This document shows positions 30,116 to 40,111 of a DNA stretch of 64,000 nt, piece after piece. The translations under genes were made by a program, and so were the position numbers. The DNA is from Novosphingobium sp. Its GTDB lineage: Bacteria > Pseudomonadota > Alphaproteobacteria > Sphingomonadales > Sphingomonadaceae. The stretch spans positions 29,427-93,426 of the forward strand of contig JBDTUQ010000002.1 in NCBI GenBank assembly GCA_040007615.1. The letters are read 5' to 3'. Under the pieces are notes generated by a model. It saw only the letters and a list, made by a program, of their open reading frames with translations. It did not search any database and was not told the origin of the DNA. The first letter of the stretch is position 1, and every line of letters starts with the position of its first letter.

Positions 30116-31669
30116 ATGGCCGACCCTTTCTATATCACGACCGCGATCAGCTATCCCAACGGGCGGCCGCACATTGGCCATGCCTATGAAGCCATCGCCG
30201 CTGACGCAATCGCCCGCTTCCAGCGCCTTTCGGGCCGCGAAGTGCGGTTTCAGACCGGGACTGACGAACACGGCCTCAAGATGGTGCAGGCCGCTCGCGA
30301 CAAGGGCGTGGACGTGCGCGACTTGTGCCGTGAAATGTCCGATCAGTTCCAGGCGATGTGCGACACATTGAACGTATCGTATGACCATTTTCAGCGCACC
30401 ACAGCGCCGGAACATCACACGGCAAGCCAGGCCTTGTGGAATGCGATCGCTGCCAATGGCGATCTGGAACTGGGCCGCTATGAGGGCTGGTACAGCGTCC
30501 GTGATGAAGCATTTTATGAGGGAAAAGAGCTAACTAACGGTGAAAGTGTCGTAAAACTTTCACCGCAAGGCACGCCTGTGGAATGGACGGTGGAGGAAAA
30601 CTGGCGCTTCAAGCTGTCGAAGTACCAACAGGCATTGCTCGATTACTACGCCGCTCACCCCGATTTCATTCAGCCCGAAAGTCGCCGTAATGAAGTGATC
30701 CGTTTTGTCGAAGGGGGCCTGCAGGATCTTTCCGTCTCGCGCACCAGCTTTGACTGGGGCGTAAAGGTTCCGGGCAGCGAAGGCCACGTCATGTACGTGT
30801 GGGTCGATGCGCTGACCAACTACCTGACCGGTCTGGGTTTTCCAGAAGATACAGAGCTTTGGCGCAAGTTCTGGCCAGCCAGTCTGCACCTGATCGGCAA
30901 GGACATCGTCCGCTTCCATGCGGTTTACTGGCCCGCCTTCCTGATGAGCGCCGGGCTGCCATTGCCTGAAAAGGTGTTCGGCCACGGCTTCGTCCTCGCC
31001 CGAGATGGCACCAAGATGGGCAAATCTGCCGGAAATGCTGCCGATCCATTGGAACTAGCAGAAAAATACGGCGTTGATGCACTGCGCTATTTCCTGCTCC
31101 GCGAAGTGAGTTTCGGACAGGACGGCAGCTATTCCGCAGAGGCTATCGTGACCCGCTACAACGCAGAACTGGCGAACAGCTTTGGCAACCTGGCGCAGCG
31201 GGTGCTGAGTTTTATCGCCAAGAACCTGCCCGACGGGCTGCCCGCCAGCAGCGCGGCTCAAGATGTGGATGCAGAACTTATCGCAACCGTTTCAGCCGCT
31301 TGCCAAACAGACTTGCCACGCTTTTTTAACAATCTGGCGCTCTCGCAAGGAATCGAGGCCTGGCTGCGCGGGGTGTTCGCCTGCAATCAGTATGTTGACG
31401 TGCAGGCACCGTGGACGCTGCGCAAGACCGATCCCGAGCGGATGGTTGCTGTGCTGTCAACGCTCGTCATCTGCATCCGCCAGCTCGCCATTGCCATACA
31501 ACCGGTAATCCCGACCGCAGCGGGTAACCTGCTTGATCAGATGGGTATTTCCGACGTTGATCGCAATTTCGGCAATTTGGGCGACACGTCATGGCTTGGG
31601 ACCCTGCGGCTGAATCAACCCACGGGCGTATTCCCCCGCCTGGACATGCCCGCCGAAGCCGCCGCCTGA
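30116..31669 (+). CDS. metG: Methionyl-tRNA synthetase (short form, no C-terminal tRNA-binding domain)
   Basis: YPNGRPHIGH (HIGH), TGTDEHG, YVWVDAL and KMGKS motifs. Confidence 0.96.
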   Translation: MADPFYITTAISYPNGRPHIGHAYEAIAADAIARFQRLSGREVRFQTGTDEHGLKMVQAARDKGVDVRDLCREMSDQFQAMCDTLNVSYDHFQRTTAPEHHTASQALWNAIAANGDLELGRYEGWYSVRDEAFYEGKELTNGESVVKLSPQGTPVEWTVEENWRFKLSKYQQALLDYYAAHPDFIQPESRRNEVIRFVEGGLQDLSVSRTSFDWGVKVPGSEGHVMYVWVDALTNYLTGLGFPEDTELWRKFWPASLHLIGKDIVRFHAVYWPAFLMSAGLPLPEKVFGHGFVLARDGTKMGKSAGNAADPLELAEKYGVDALRYFLLREVSFGQDGSYSAEAIVTRYNAELANSFGNLAQRVLSFIAKNLPDGLPASSAAQDVDAELIATVSAACQTDLPRFFNNLALSQGIEAWLRGVFACNQYVDVQAPWTLRKTDPERMVAVLSTLVICIRQLAIAIQPVIPTAAGNLLDQMGISDVDRNFGNLGDTSWLGTLRLNQPTGVFPRLDMPAEAAA

Positions 31670-32445
31670 TGCTCATCGATTCCCACTGCCACCTGAATTA
31701 TGCAGGGCTGGTCGAACAGCAGCAGCAAGTGCTGGCCCGCGCGCGTGAGACGGGGGTGGGGGGCTTTCTCAACATTTCGACCCGGCGATCCGAATGGGGC
31801 GACGTAGTCAGCCTGGCCGAGCGGGAAAGCGATGTCTGGGCCAGTGTCGGCATCCACCCGCACGAGGCTGGCGCTCATTCAGATCTTGGAGCCGCCGCGT
31901 TGTTGCAATCTGCGGCTCATCCTCGCGTCATTGCCATCGGCGAGACGGGGCTGGATTATTATTACGACAAGTCTGATCGCGATACCCAGCAGGCGCTGTT
32001 TCGCACCCATATTGGCGTGGCCCGCGACACCGGGTTGCCGCTGATCGTCCATACCCGCGATGCTGAAGCGGACACGGCGCAGATCCTTGCCGACGAAATG
32101 GGGAAGGGGGCCTTCCCCGCGCTGATCCACTGTTTCACCGCATCGGCTGAATTTGCCCGTAAAATGCTCGGTTTAGGGCTGACAATATCCATTTCTGGCA
32201 TCGTAACCTTCAAGAATGCCAAAGACTTGCAGGCGATAGCTGCGCAGTTACCCGAAGATCGCCTGCTAGTGGAGACTGACGCGCCATTCCTGGCCCCGGT
32301 TCCACATCGGGGGCGCACTTGCGAGCCAGCGTTTGTTGCCGACACCGCCCGGTTTGTTGCTGCTTTGCGCGGGGTTAGCGCGGACGAACTTGCCGAGCGA
32401 ACCTCAGCCAACTTTCGCCGTCTGTTCACGAAGGCGGTTCTATGA
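31669..32445 (+). CDS. TatD family nuclease
   Basis: LIDSHCHL, IGETGLDY, LIVHTRDA, IHCF and LLVETDAPFLAP motifs. Confidence 0.95.
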   Translation: MLIDSHCHLNYAGLVEQQQQVLARARETGVGGFLNISTRRSEWGDVVSLAERESDVWASVGIHPHEAGAHSDLGAAALLQSAAHPRVIAIGETGLDYYYDKSDRDTQQALFRTHIGVARDTGLPLIVHTRDAEADTAQILADEMGKGAFPALIHCFTASAEFARKMLGLGLTISISGIVTFKNAKDLQAIAAQLPEDRLLVETDAPFLAPVPHRGRTCEPAFVADTARFVAALRGVSADELAERTSANFRRLFTKAVL

Positions 32446-33209
32446 AACTGGTCATGCTCGGGTCGGGTACTTCGACCGGCGTGCCGCGCATTGGCAACGA
32501 TTGGGGCGATTGCGATCCCGCCGAACCGAGAAACAGGCGCTCGCGCGTTTCCATATTGGTTGAAAGCCTGGCCGGGACCCGGTTGCTCGTGGATACTTCA
32601 ACAGACCTGCGCAACCAGTTGCTAGAAAACGATATTGATCGCATCGATGCGGTGTTCTGGACGCACGATCATGCTGACCACGCACACGGCATCGATGATC
32701 TAAGGCCGTTGCGCTATGGTCGCGGCGGTCCGATCCCGGGTTACGCGGCAGACGAAACAGTCAGACGGTTGAGGCAGCGGTTCGGCTATGTTTTCGCCGG
32801 CCAGCATGGCTATCATACTATCGTGAACCTGGATTCGCTTGACCGTTTGAGAATGTGCGGGGGTATCGGTGTTGGCTTTACCCAAATGCCGCATGGACCA
32901 GCGGAATCGACAGCATTCAGGTTTTATTGTGACGGAAAATCAATCGGTTATGCAACAGACTTCAGTGCGATTACTCGCCAGATGGTTGACCTGTTTGATG
33001 GCTGCGATGTGCTCGTCACCGATTGCCTGCGCCGGGATCCGCATCCAACACATGCACATCTGGCGATGGCAATGGAACTGATCGAGGCGTCGCGCGCCAG
33101 TCAGGCCGTGCTGACGCATCTCGACAAAAGCATGGATTATGCCACCTTGGCGCAGGAAGTTCCGGCCCACGTGATTGTCGGCTATGATGGCCTGGAGTTG
33201 GAACTTTGA
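32442..33209 (+). CDS. Metallo-beta-lactamase fold hydrolase (PhnP-like)
   Basis: LGSGTSTGVP and THDHADHAHG motifs. Confidence 0.93.
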   Translation: MKLVMLGSGTSTGVPRIGNDWGDCDPAEPRNRRSRVSILVESLAGTRLLVDTSTDLRNQLLENDIDRIDAVFWTHDHADHAHGIDDLRPLRYGRGGPIPGYAADETVRRLRQRFGYVFAGQHGYHTIVNLDSLDRLRMCGGIGVGFTQMPHGPAESTAFRFYCDGKSIGYATDFSAITRQMVDLFDGCDVLVTDCLRRDPHPTHAHLAMAMELIEASRASQAVLTHLDKSMDYATLAQEVPAHVIVGYDGLELEL

Positions 33210-33385
33210 TCGCAACAACAGTTGGGACCTTCGTAGCTCTGCTAATTGGCTGCTTCGTTCTTAACTACTATAGTTGGCTGCGAGTTTCGACGGGATTGCA
33301 TCGACGGACTAAGGTTCTGATGTTGCTTGCTTGGATTTTCATATTCGGACTCCTCACGCTGATTTTCAGTCGGATGGGGACTTAG
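33206..33385 (+). CDS. Putative 59-aa two-TM small membrane protein (below the ORF-track cutoff)
   Basis: TTG overlaps the MBL stop (TTGA) with GGAG 8 nt upstream. Reads MIATTVGTFVALLIGCFVLNYYSWLRVSTGLHRRTKVLMLLAWIFIFGLLTLIFSRMGT. Confidence 0.5.
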   Translation: MIATTVGTFVALLIGCFVLNYYSWLRVSTGLHRRTKVLMLLAWIFIFGLLTLIFSRMGT

Positions 33386-33510
33386 CTCGTGGCATAGTTT
33401 AACATAATACATATTATCATTCGCGGCTGAGTTGCACAAACACTCCCTCTTGGTCGGCCCCCCACGTAGGAAACACGCTTCAACTTTGAGTACGGACGGA
33501 CATTACCCAC

Positions 33511-34314
33511 GTGAATGAACCCACGACAGAACCTGTTGGCAGACTGCTCGCCATCATGGCCCGGCTGCGTGATCCACGGCTTGGCTGCGAGTGGGACTTG
33601 GCGCAGACGTTTGCCACGATTGCCCCCTACACGATCGAGGAAGCCTATGAGGTGGCCGACGCGATCGAACGCGGTAATCTGTCGGCACTGCGCGACGAAC
33701 TTGGAGACCTGTTGCTGCAAGTGGTGTTCCACGCCCGAATAGCTGAAGAAATGAGCGCATTTTCGTTTGCCGATGTCGCAAATGCCATCTCGGACAAGAT
33801 GGAATCGCGCCATCCCCATATCTTCGGAGGAGTTTCAGTTCCGGAGCAATCGCGCGAAAAACGATGGGAGCAGTTGAAAGCCGAAGAACGCGCAAGCAAG
33901 GGCGCGACTTCGGCGCTCGATGGCGTTGCGCTTGCTTTACCTGCGCTGATGCGCGCGGAAAAATTGCAGAATCGTGCCGCGCGCGTCGGGTTTGACTGGC
34001 CCGATGCGGAAGGACCGGCAGCCAAGCTGCGAGAGGAAATGGACGAACTGGACCAAGCCGCAACCGACGCTGAGCGGTTTGAGGAAGCGGGCGACATGCT
34101 GTTTTCGGCAGTAAATCTGTTGCGCAAGCTGGGTCTGGCCCCGGAAGAGGCGTTGCGGGCGGCCAACGCCAAGTTTGAACGTCGTTTCAAGGCGATGGAG
34201 GCTTTGTCCGAGAAATCAGATGAGAGGTTTTCCGACCGCTCGCTGGATGAGCAGGAGGCCTTGTGGCAGGCGGTCAAACAGACCGAGGCGGTAGACGATC
34301 AGAGCCGACTGTAG
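33511..34314 (+). CDS. mazG: Nucleoside triphosphate pyrophosphohydrolase MazG
   Basis: MARLRDP..GCEWD..QT, IEEAYEV, DELGDLLLQVVFH and GFDWP motifs. Confidence 0.95.
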   Translation: MNEPTTEPVGRLLAIMARLRDPRLGCEWDLAQTFATIAPYTIEEAYEVADAIERGNLSALRDELGDLLLQVVFHARIAEEMSAFSFADVANAISDKMESRHPHIFGGVSVPEQSREKRWEQLKAEERASKGATSALDGVALALPALMRAEKLQNRAARVGFDWPDAEGPAAKLREEMDELDQAATDAERFEEAGDMLFSAVNLLRKLGLAPEEALRAANAKFERRFKAMEALSEKSDERFSDRSLDEQEALWQAVKQTEAVDDQSRL

Positions 34315-35657
34315 CGCCCGAGATCGCGCGGGGTCAGGCGAACCTCTATTCGCCGCGCCGGGGTGTCTGTCCCCTGCACCGCGTCCTCATCGTTCAGCAC
34401 TTCGCCGTGGGCGTGTAACCAGGCAAGCCGCTGCCCGTCGCTGGCCGGGACTACAAACGTGTACTGCACCGCCTCTGTCGTCAGCAGGCGGCCGAGCAGT
34501 TGCAATAAATCGTCGCAGGATTGCCCCGTAACAGCAGACAGGGGAACGATTTTGTCGCCTGGACGCCGCGTAATCTCTTCGCGCAGGTCAGATATCCGTT
34601 CGGGATCAAGCAAGTCCCACTTGTTCCACACTTCGACCATCGGAATACGTGCAGAAGTGCCCTCATCCTCCCCTTCCCCAAGGCCCGCTTCCCCCAGACC
34701 AAGATCGGCCAGAACGGCCAGGACCTGATCTTTCTGGGCGGCGCTGTCAGGGTTGGCGATATCGCGGACATGGACGATGAGGTCGGCGGCCATGACTTCT
34801 TCGAGTGTCGCGCGAAAAGCCGCTACCAGCTGCGTCGGCAAGTCAGAGATGAAGCCCACGGTATCGGACAGGATCGCCTTGTCCACGCCCGGCAGTCTGA
34901 TCGCGCGCATCGTGGGATCGAGCGTGGCGAACAACAGATCTTCCGCCATCACGTCCGCCCCGGTCAAACGGTTGAACAGGGTGGATTTTCCCGCATTGGT
35001 ATAGCCGACCAGCGCGATCACCGGCCAGGGCGCGCGGCCCCGACGCTGGCGGTGCAGGCCGCGTGTGCGGCGCACTTGCTCAAGCTCTCGCTTAAGCCTT
35101 GCCATGCGGTCGCGGATCAGCCTCCGGTCAGCCTCGATCTGGGTTTCGCCGGGGCCGCCAAGGAAGCCGAAGCCGCCGCGCTGGCGTTCAAGGTGGGTCC
35201 AGCTGCGCACCAGCCTGCCCGCCTGATAATCCAGATGAGCGAGTTCGACTTGTAGACGACCCTCGGCAGTGCGGGCGCGTTCGCCGAAGATTTCCAGAAT
35301 CAGCCCGGTGCGGTCGATCACCTTGCGCTTGAGCTTTTCCTCAAGGTTGCGCTGCTGGATCGCCGTCAGCGCGCCATCGACTACGACCAGATCGGCATCG
35401 TCCTGCGTGCAGGCGATAGCGATGTTGGCAATCTGGCCTTCGCCGAACAGGGTGGCCGCCTTGGGTTCGCGGATGGGGATGGTGAATGCCTGCCCGACCT
35501 GAAGCCCGATGGCGAGGGCCAGACCCTTAGCCTCCGCGACCCGCGCCTCGCCGTCGCCCACGCGCGCGCCCTTTGCTGTCGGGCGCATCAGCGGGCACAC
35601 GACAACGGCCCGCGCGCCGCGCGTTACTTCACCGACGAGGTCATCATTGTCGATCAG
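34299..35657 (-). CDS. hflX: GTPase HflX
   Basis: [29 protein letters not shown] and NKWD motifs. The frame is open up to CTG 35657, which overlaps the hfq stop. Confidence 0.95.
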   Translation of the reverse strand: MIDNDDLVGEVTRGARAVVVCPLMRPTAKGARVGDGEARVAEAKGLALAIGLQVGQAFTIPIREPKAATLFGEGQIANIAIACTQDDADLVVVDGALTAIQQRNLEEKLKRKVIDRTGLILEIFGERARTAEGRLQVELAHLDYQAGRLVRSWTHLERQRGGFGFLGGPGETQIEADRRLIRDRMARLKRELEQVRRTRGLHRQRRGRAPWPVIALVGYTNAGKSTLFNRLTGADVMAEDLLFATLDPTMRAIRLPGVDKAILSDTVGFISDLPTQLVAAFRATLEEVMAADLIVHVRDIANPDSAAQKDQVLAVLADLGLGEAGLGEGEDEGTSARIPMVEVWNKWDLLDPERISDLREEITRRPGDKIVPLSAVTGQSCDDLLQLLGRLLTTEAVQYTFVVPASDGQRLAWLHAHGEVLNDEDAVQGTDTPARRIEVRLTPRDLGRYSRL

Positions 35658-36229
35658 GCGTCGTCCTCTTCGTCATCCCATTCGCCCTGCAGGTCGACGG
35701 GGGTAACGGGCTGGATCGTCGAAACCGCGTGCTTGTAGGCGAGTTGCACATAGCCGTCGCGCTCCAGCAACATGCAGAACAGATCGTATGCGGCGACCCG
35801 GCCCTGCAGCATCACGCCGTTGACGAGGAACATCGTCACCTGGACCCCGGCGCTGCGGATGCTGGACAGGAACACGTCCTGCAGCAGGCGGACCTTGCGG
35901 CTGCCTTCGGCATTGCCGTTGGAAAACAGCCGGGCATCAATGGGCAGGCCTGGCATGATCGTGGAGATCGCGTGCTTGTAAACCAGTTGCGACTGGCCAT
36001 CGCGGCGCAGCAGGATCGAGAAATTGTCAAACCAGGTGACGATGCCCTGAAGTTTCACGCCCTTGACCAGAAACATGGTCACCGGCGTCTTGTTCTTGCG
36101 GAGCAGGTTGAGAAACTGGTCTTGCAGGTTTGCGCTATTCTTGCCCGTGGGTACTATGATGGCGGGGGCGGGCGTGGCCACAGCTTCGGACGCGGCGCGC
36201 GCACGCGCAGTAAGAGTCTTGCCGGTCAA
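35654..36229 (-). CDS. hfq: RNA chaperone Hfq with two tandem Sm domains
   Basis: Two copies of LQD.FL...VTMFLV.GV.LQG...YKHA.STI.P; TTG start with AGGAG RBS. Confidence 0.95.
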   Translation of the reverse strand: MTGKTLTARARAASEAVATPAPAIIVPTGKNSANLQDQFLNLLRKNKTPVTMFLVKGVKLQGIVTWFDNFSILLRRDGQSQLVYKHAISTIMPGLPIDARLFSNGNAEGSRKVRLLQDVFLSSIRSAGVQVTMFLVNGVMLQGRVAAYDLFCMLLERDGYVQLAYKHAVSTIQPVTPVDLQGEWDDEEDDA

Positions 36230-36385
36230 TTCGGTCTCCTATGTTATTGGCAGCCGCTTGTGCGGTCCGCGATCTGGCTGATTCGCCGGGTAGTCCGGGT
36301 AGAAGCAGCCGCTTGAGACATTCAGGCTACTGAATCATGACAGGCCCGTAAACGCTAAACTAGGTTTTCGGGTCAGATTGTCAGG

Positions 36386-37780
36386 TCACTCGCCGTCTTC
36401 GCCCTCCTCATCCCGGCGGTCGCCCATGCCCAAAAGCTTGAGTTTGCGGTGCAGAGCAGAGCGTTCCATGCCAATAAAACTGGCGGTTTTCGAAATGTTT
36501 CCGGAAAATCTGCGGATCTGGACGCGCAAGTATTCGCGCTCAAAATTTTCCCGCGCCTCGCGCAGCGGCGCGCCCATCAGCTGCGATATGCCGACGTCGC
36601 CGGTCAGTCGTCCGGTGAGAATCTCGGGCGGCAGCATGTCCGCCTCGATCTGCCCCAGCTTGTCGCGCGGGGCGAGGATGACAGTGCGTTCGACCACGTT
36701 GCGCAGCTGCCGCACGTTGCCGGGCCATTCATAAGCATGGAACGCGGCCATTGCCTCTGCGGTGATGGCCGGTGCCGGGACGCCCTGATCACGGGCATAG
36801 CGGGCGAAAAAATGATCGACGAGCGGGGGAATATCCTCACGCCGGTCGGCCAGCGCCGGGATTGCCACCGGAACGACATTGAGCCGGTAGAACAGGTCTT
36901 CGCGAAAGCGCCGCTCGGCAATTTCGATCTCCAGATTGCGCGAGCTGGACGAAACCACGCGAACATCGACACGGAGTTGCCGGTGGCCGCCCACGCGGGC
37001 GAACGATTGCTCGGTCAGCACCCGCAGGATGCGTGCCTGGGTGGAGAGCGGCATGTCGGCCACCTCATCGAGGTAAAGCGTGCCGCCATCGGCCATTTCC
37101 AGTAGGCCGGGACGGATCAGGTTGCCGTCCAGCTCCTCACCGAACAGTTCCTGTTCAAAACGCTCGGCGGTAATCCGCGCGGAGTTGACGCTGACGAATG
37201 CCTTTTCGCTGCGCTGGCTCCAGCTGTGCAGCAGGCGGGCGGCGACTTCCTTGCCTGCCCCGGCCGGGCCGGTGATCAGCAGGCGGCTGCCGGTATTGGC
37301 GATTCGCTTCAGTGTCGCGCGAACCTGATTGATGGCGGTGGAATTGCCGGTAAATTCATAGCCCGGTGCGCTGTCCTGCCTCAACTGCGCGTTTTCGCGG
37401 CGCAGACGCTCGGTTTCGGTCGCGCGGGCGACGAGCAGCAGCAGACGCTCTGCCTCGAACGGCTTTTCGAGAAAATCCATCGCGCCCCGGCTGATGGCTG
37501 AGACTGCCGTATCGATGTTACCGTGGCCGGAAAAGATGATCACCGGCAGTTCCGGCTCGCGCGCCTTTATTGCGTCCAGCACTTCCAGGCCGTCCATCGG
37601 GCTGCCGTGGAGCCACACGTCGAGCAGGACCAGGCTGGGTCGGCGCTCGTCAACGGCGGCCAGCGCGGCCTCGCTGTCGCCCGCCGTGCGGCATTCATAA
37701 CCCTCATCGCTGAGCACACCGGCAACGAGTTCGCGAATGTCGCGTTCATCATCGACGATCAGAATATCGAGAGCCATCAT
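36386..37780 (-). CDS. ntrX: Response regulator NtrX
   Basis: REC domain (DILIVDDE, LLDVW), AAA+ (GPAGAGKE) lacking GAFTGA, Fis-type HTH; downstream of ntrY. Confidence 0.92.
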   Translation of the reverse strand: MMALDILIVDDERDIRELVAGVLSDEGYECRTAGDSEAALAAVDERRPSLVLLDVWLHGSPMDGLEVLDAIKAREPELPVIIFSGHGNIDTAVSAISRGAMDFLEKPFEAERLLLLVARATETERLRRENAQLRQDSAPGYEFTGNSTAINQVRATLKRIANTGSRLLITGPAGAGKEVAARLLHSWSQRSEKAFVSVNSARITAERFEQELFGEELDGNLIRPGLLEMADGGTLYLDEVADMPLSTQARILRVLTEQSFARVGGHRQLRVDVRVVSSSSRNLEIEIAERRFREDLFYRLNVVPVAIPALADRREDIPPLVDHFFARYARDQGVPAPAITAEAMAAFHAYEWPGNVRQLRNVVERTVILAPRDKLGQIEADMLPPEILTGRLTGDVGISQLMGAPLREARENFEREYLRVQIRRFSGNISKTASFIGMERSALHRKLKLLGMGDRRDEEGEDGE

Positions 37781-37808
37781 CGTTCCTCTTGCGTATTCAT
37801 TTTGCGGA

Positions 37809-40052
37809 TCATTCGGCCGCTTCCGAAGCGCGCTGTCCGGCCAGCGGATCGCGCGCAAAGCGCAGCGTTACTCTGGTGCCGCCGCCTTCCACCGAATCGA
37901 AACTCATTTCGCCGCCATGTTCCTCGACGATCTTGTTGACGATCGCGAGGCCCAGTCCGGTGCCTTTTTCGCGGGTGGTGACATAAGGTTCGACGATCCG
38001 CTCCCGGTCCTTGGGTAGCCCAACGCCGTTGTCGGTAACCGTCACGCTGATCATCTGTTCCTCTTGCGTGAGGGCCAGCGCGATGTTTCCGCGATAATCG
38101 ATTGGCGCGTTGCGGGCTTTTGCCTCCACCGCCTCGACCGCGTTCTTGATCACGTTGGTCATCGCCTGACCGAACTGGTGGCGATCGCAGAGGATGACAT
38201 CTTCGCCGGGACGGTTGCCATTGCCCGGTTGCAAGGCGAAGCTGAAATCGAGGTCCGGGCGGGCGACTTCCTGCAGGAACAGGGCCTGCCGCGCGAGGTC
38301 GACCGGGTCTTCGCGGCGGAACACCGGCTTGGGCAGGCGCGCGAATGATGAGAACTCGTCGACCATCTTGCGCAAGTCACCCACCTGCCGGATGATCGTG
38401 CTGGTCAGTTCCTCAAACAGCTCGGGGTCGTTGATGATCTGCTTGCGATAGCGGCGGTTGAGCCGTTCAGTGGCCAGCTGGATCGGGGTCAGCGGGTTCT
38501 TGATTTCGTGGGCAATGCGCCGCGCGACGTCAGACCATGCCGCCTGCCGCTGATCAAGGATCTGGCGGGTAATGTCTTCAAAGGTAATGACATAGCCAGT
38601 CCTGTCGCGGGCGATCTTTACCGCCAGAGTCAGCAGGTTGCCGCCCTTGCCGTGCTGGATCACCGCGTTGTCGCTGCCTGATTCGACAACGGCGGACAGC
38701 TCCGGCGAAATCTCGGCCAACAGCTCGTTGGCAGGCTGGGCGTCGGTGGAATCGAACAGCAGCTTGCGCGCCGGGGTGTTGATCAGTTGCACCCTGCCCT
38801 CACCATCGACCGAAATGACCCCGGCGGAAACCGACTCGATCACCGCCTCGGTAAAGGCACGGCGTTCATGCAATTGCTGGTTCGCCCCGACCAGCGCCTG
38901 AGTCTGCCGCTCAATCTGCGCGGTCATGCGGTTGAACGCGCGGTTGAGCAGGCCGATTTCGTCCGCGCCCCTGCGCCCTTCGACCCGCATGGAAAAGTTG
39001 CCGCTGCCCACCCGCCGCGCGGCGGAAACGAGGTCGTAGAGCGGCTTCACCTGACGGTCGGCAAAGCGTAGCCCGAACCACACCGCCAGCCCAACCAGCG
39101 CCAACGAAGCGACGAACAGCGCGATATTGAAGCGCAGTTGCAGCGTGCGCGCACGCAAGGTCAGCACCTGATAGGCGCGCACGATGTTTTCCGCGCGCTG
39201 GCCCTGACTGAACGCCAGCAGATCGGAACTGCGCGCGGCGTAGAGGTATATTCCCGCCGCACGGTCAATCGGGGTCACCGCCTCAATCCGGTTGGCGTTG
39301 GCATTGACCACCAGCGGCTCGCCCGAATCGATGCGGATCAGCACGTCCGGCCTGATCCGCTCGCGCGTGCTGTTGCCTTCGGGATCGACGATGGCGTCGG
39401 TGATCAGCTTGCCGTCCGGTCCCTTTTGCAGGATCGCGCTTTCGTTCAGTTTGCGGCTGACGACCTGATAAGAATACCCTTCCGCAAAGGCCGGGCTGCT
39501 GATCGGTGCCTGCCCCAGATAGTTACGCAAATCGCTGGCCATCGCGATCGATTCATTGCCGACATCGCGCAAATTCTGCTCATAATACCCGCGCGCCAGT
39601 TTGTTGGCATTTTCGAGCAGCCCGCGCGAGTTGTCGGAAAACCAGAACTCCACGCCGGACTGGAACAGGAACGAGGCGAACAGCACCACCAGCAGCGTAG
39701 GGATGGCGGCGATCAGCGAGAACAGGAACACCAGTTGCACATGCAGCCGCCCGGTGCCCCCCAGCGTCTCGGCCGCCCGGCGCAGGGCCATGCGCCGCCC
39801 CAGCAGCACCAGCAGACCCATCGCCGGGACCAGCGTGCCCACCAGCAACATCGCGGTAAGGTTCGATGGCAGCAGTTCGCCCTTGGGTGTCTCACGGTTG
39901 AGCGTGACCCAGGTGGTCACCGTCATCGTAATGAAGGCGATGACTGCCGCCACTTCGATGACGGCGAAAAAATTGGCCCGGCGCGCGGCAAGCTGAAGCC
40001 GCCGCCACCAGCGGGGCCACCTGCTTTTCCTGCGAGTCAGTTCATCCGGCAT
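37809..40052 (-). CDS. ntrY: Sensor histidine kinase NtrY
   Basis: Multiple TM segments, HAMP, PAS, AWSDVARRIAHEIKNPLTPIQL and GTGLGLAIV motifs. Confidence 0.93.
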   Translation of the reverse strand: MPDELTRRKSRWPRWWRRLQLAARRANFFAVIEVAAVIAFITMTVTTWVTLNRETPKGELLPSNLTAMLLVGTLVPAMGLLVLLGRRMALRRAAETLGGTGRLHVQLVFLFSLIAAIPTLLVVLFASFLFQSGVEFWFSDNSRGLLENANKLARGYYEQNLRDVGNESIAMASDLRNYLGQAPISSPAFAEGYSYQVVSRKLNESAILQKGPDGKLITDAIVDPEGNSTRERIRPDVLIRIDSGEPLVVNANANRIEAVTPIDRAAGIYLYAARSSDLLAFSQGQRAENIVRAYQVLTLRARTLQLRFNIALFVASLALVGLAVWFGLRFADRQVKPLYDLVSAARRVGSGNFSMRVEGRRGADEIGLLNRAFNRMTAQIERQTQALVGANQQLHERRAFTEAVIESVSAGVISVDGEGRVQLINTPARKLLFDSTDAQPANELLAEISPELSAVVESGSDNAVIQHGKGGNLLTLAVKIARDRTGYVITFEDITRQILDQRQAAWSDVARRIAHEIKNPLTPIQLATERLNRRYRKQIINDPELFEELTSTIIRQVGDLRKMVDEFSSFARLPKPVFRREDPVDLARQALFLQEVARPDLDFSFALQPGNGNRPGEDVILCDRHQFGQAMTNVIKNAVEAVEAKARNAPIDYRGNIALALTQEEQMISVTVTDNGVGLPKDRERIVEPYVTTREKGTGLGLAIVNKIVEEHGGEMSFDSVEGGGTRVTLRFARDPLAGQRASEAAE

Positions 40053-40111
40053 CGTTGCAACTATACAACGCGACTGTTGCCTGATTGCAAGGGGTAAACG
40101 TCAGCTGCCAA

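Noticed and set aside
33390-33430. Minus-strand AANDN peptide resembling the alphaproteobacterial tmRNA tag
   Set aside because: It is not followed by the ALAA-stop ending, and there is no tRNA-like acceptor/T-arm nearby.
39138-40097. Large antisense or alternative-frame ORFs over core genes (also 26486-27853, 28989-30107, 59082-60059, 60903-61970, 62638-63699)
   Set aside because: Each overlaps a confidently identified gene and has no recognisable motifs.
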